Under the pieces are notes generated by a model that was not told the DNA's origin, ran no database searches, and saw only the letters and a list, made by a program, of their open reading frames with translations. Shown here piece after piece: positions 63,926 to 64,000 of a stretch of 64,000 nucleotides of DNA. The translations under genes and the position numbers were made by a program. The stretch lies in NCBI GenBank assembly GCA_964016885.1, contig OZ024750.1, positions 16,678,001 through 16,742,000 of the forward strand, written 5' to 3'. Each line of letters starts with the position of its first letter. Position 1 is the first letter of the stretch. The DNA is from Eledone cirrhosa (lineage: Eukaryota).

Positions 63926-64000
63926 CAAATATGACTTTGATCTGTTTGAACTCAGAACATACATACAAATATGTTAACTATAAAGAGAAAGAATAAAAAA

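Overview
AT-rich eukaryotic non-coding DNA dominated by microsatellites ((TA)n, (CA)n, (GA)n, (TATG)n, (ATCT)n, triplets) and minisatellites. The SINE families look like those of octopod cephalopods (inference from recalled sequence, not searched). No complete protein-coding gene is supportable, and nearly every listed ORF is a simple-repeat artefact. Interspersed elements are two tRNA-derived SINE families, RTE and Tx1/L1-like LINE 3' ends, bipartite non-autonomous RTE-like elements, a decayed CsRn1-type Ty3/Gypsy gag-pol, several MITEs and one Helitron-like element. One CpG-rich island (34.06-34.28 kb) may be a promoter or first exon. The most striking signal is about 14 minimal type I hammerhead ribozyme motifs from at least 8 unrelated short cassettes, mostly in or next to (TA)n tracts and often in fold-back arrangement, consistent with Penelope-like pLTR or retrozyme remnants. 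All folds and alignments were done by eye and element boundaries are approximate.
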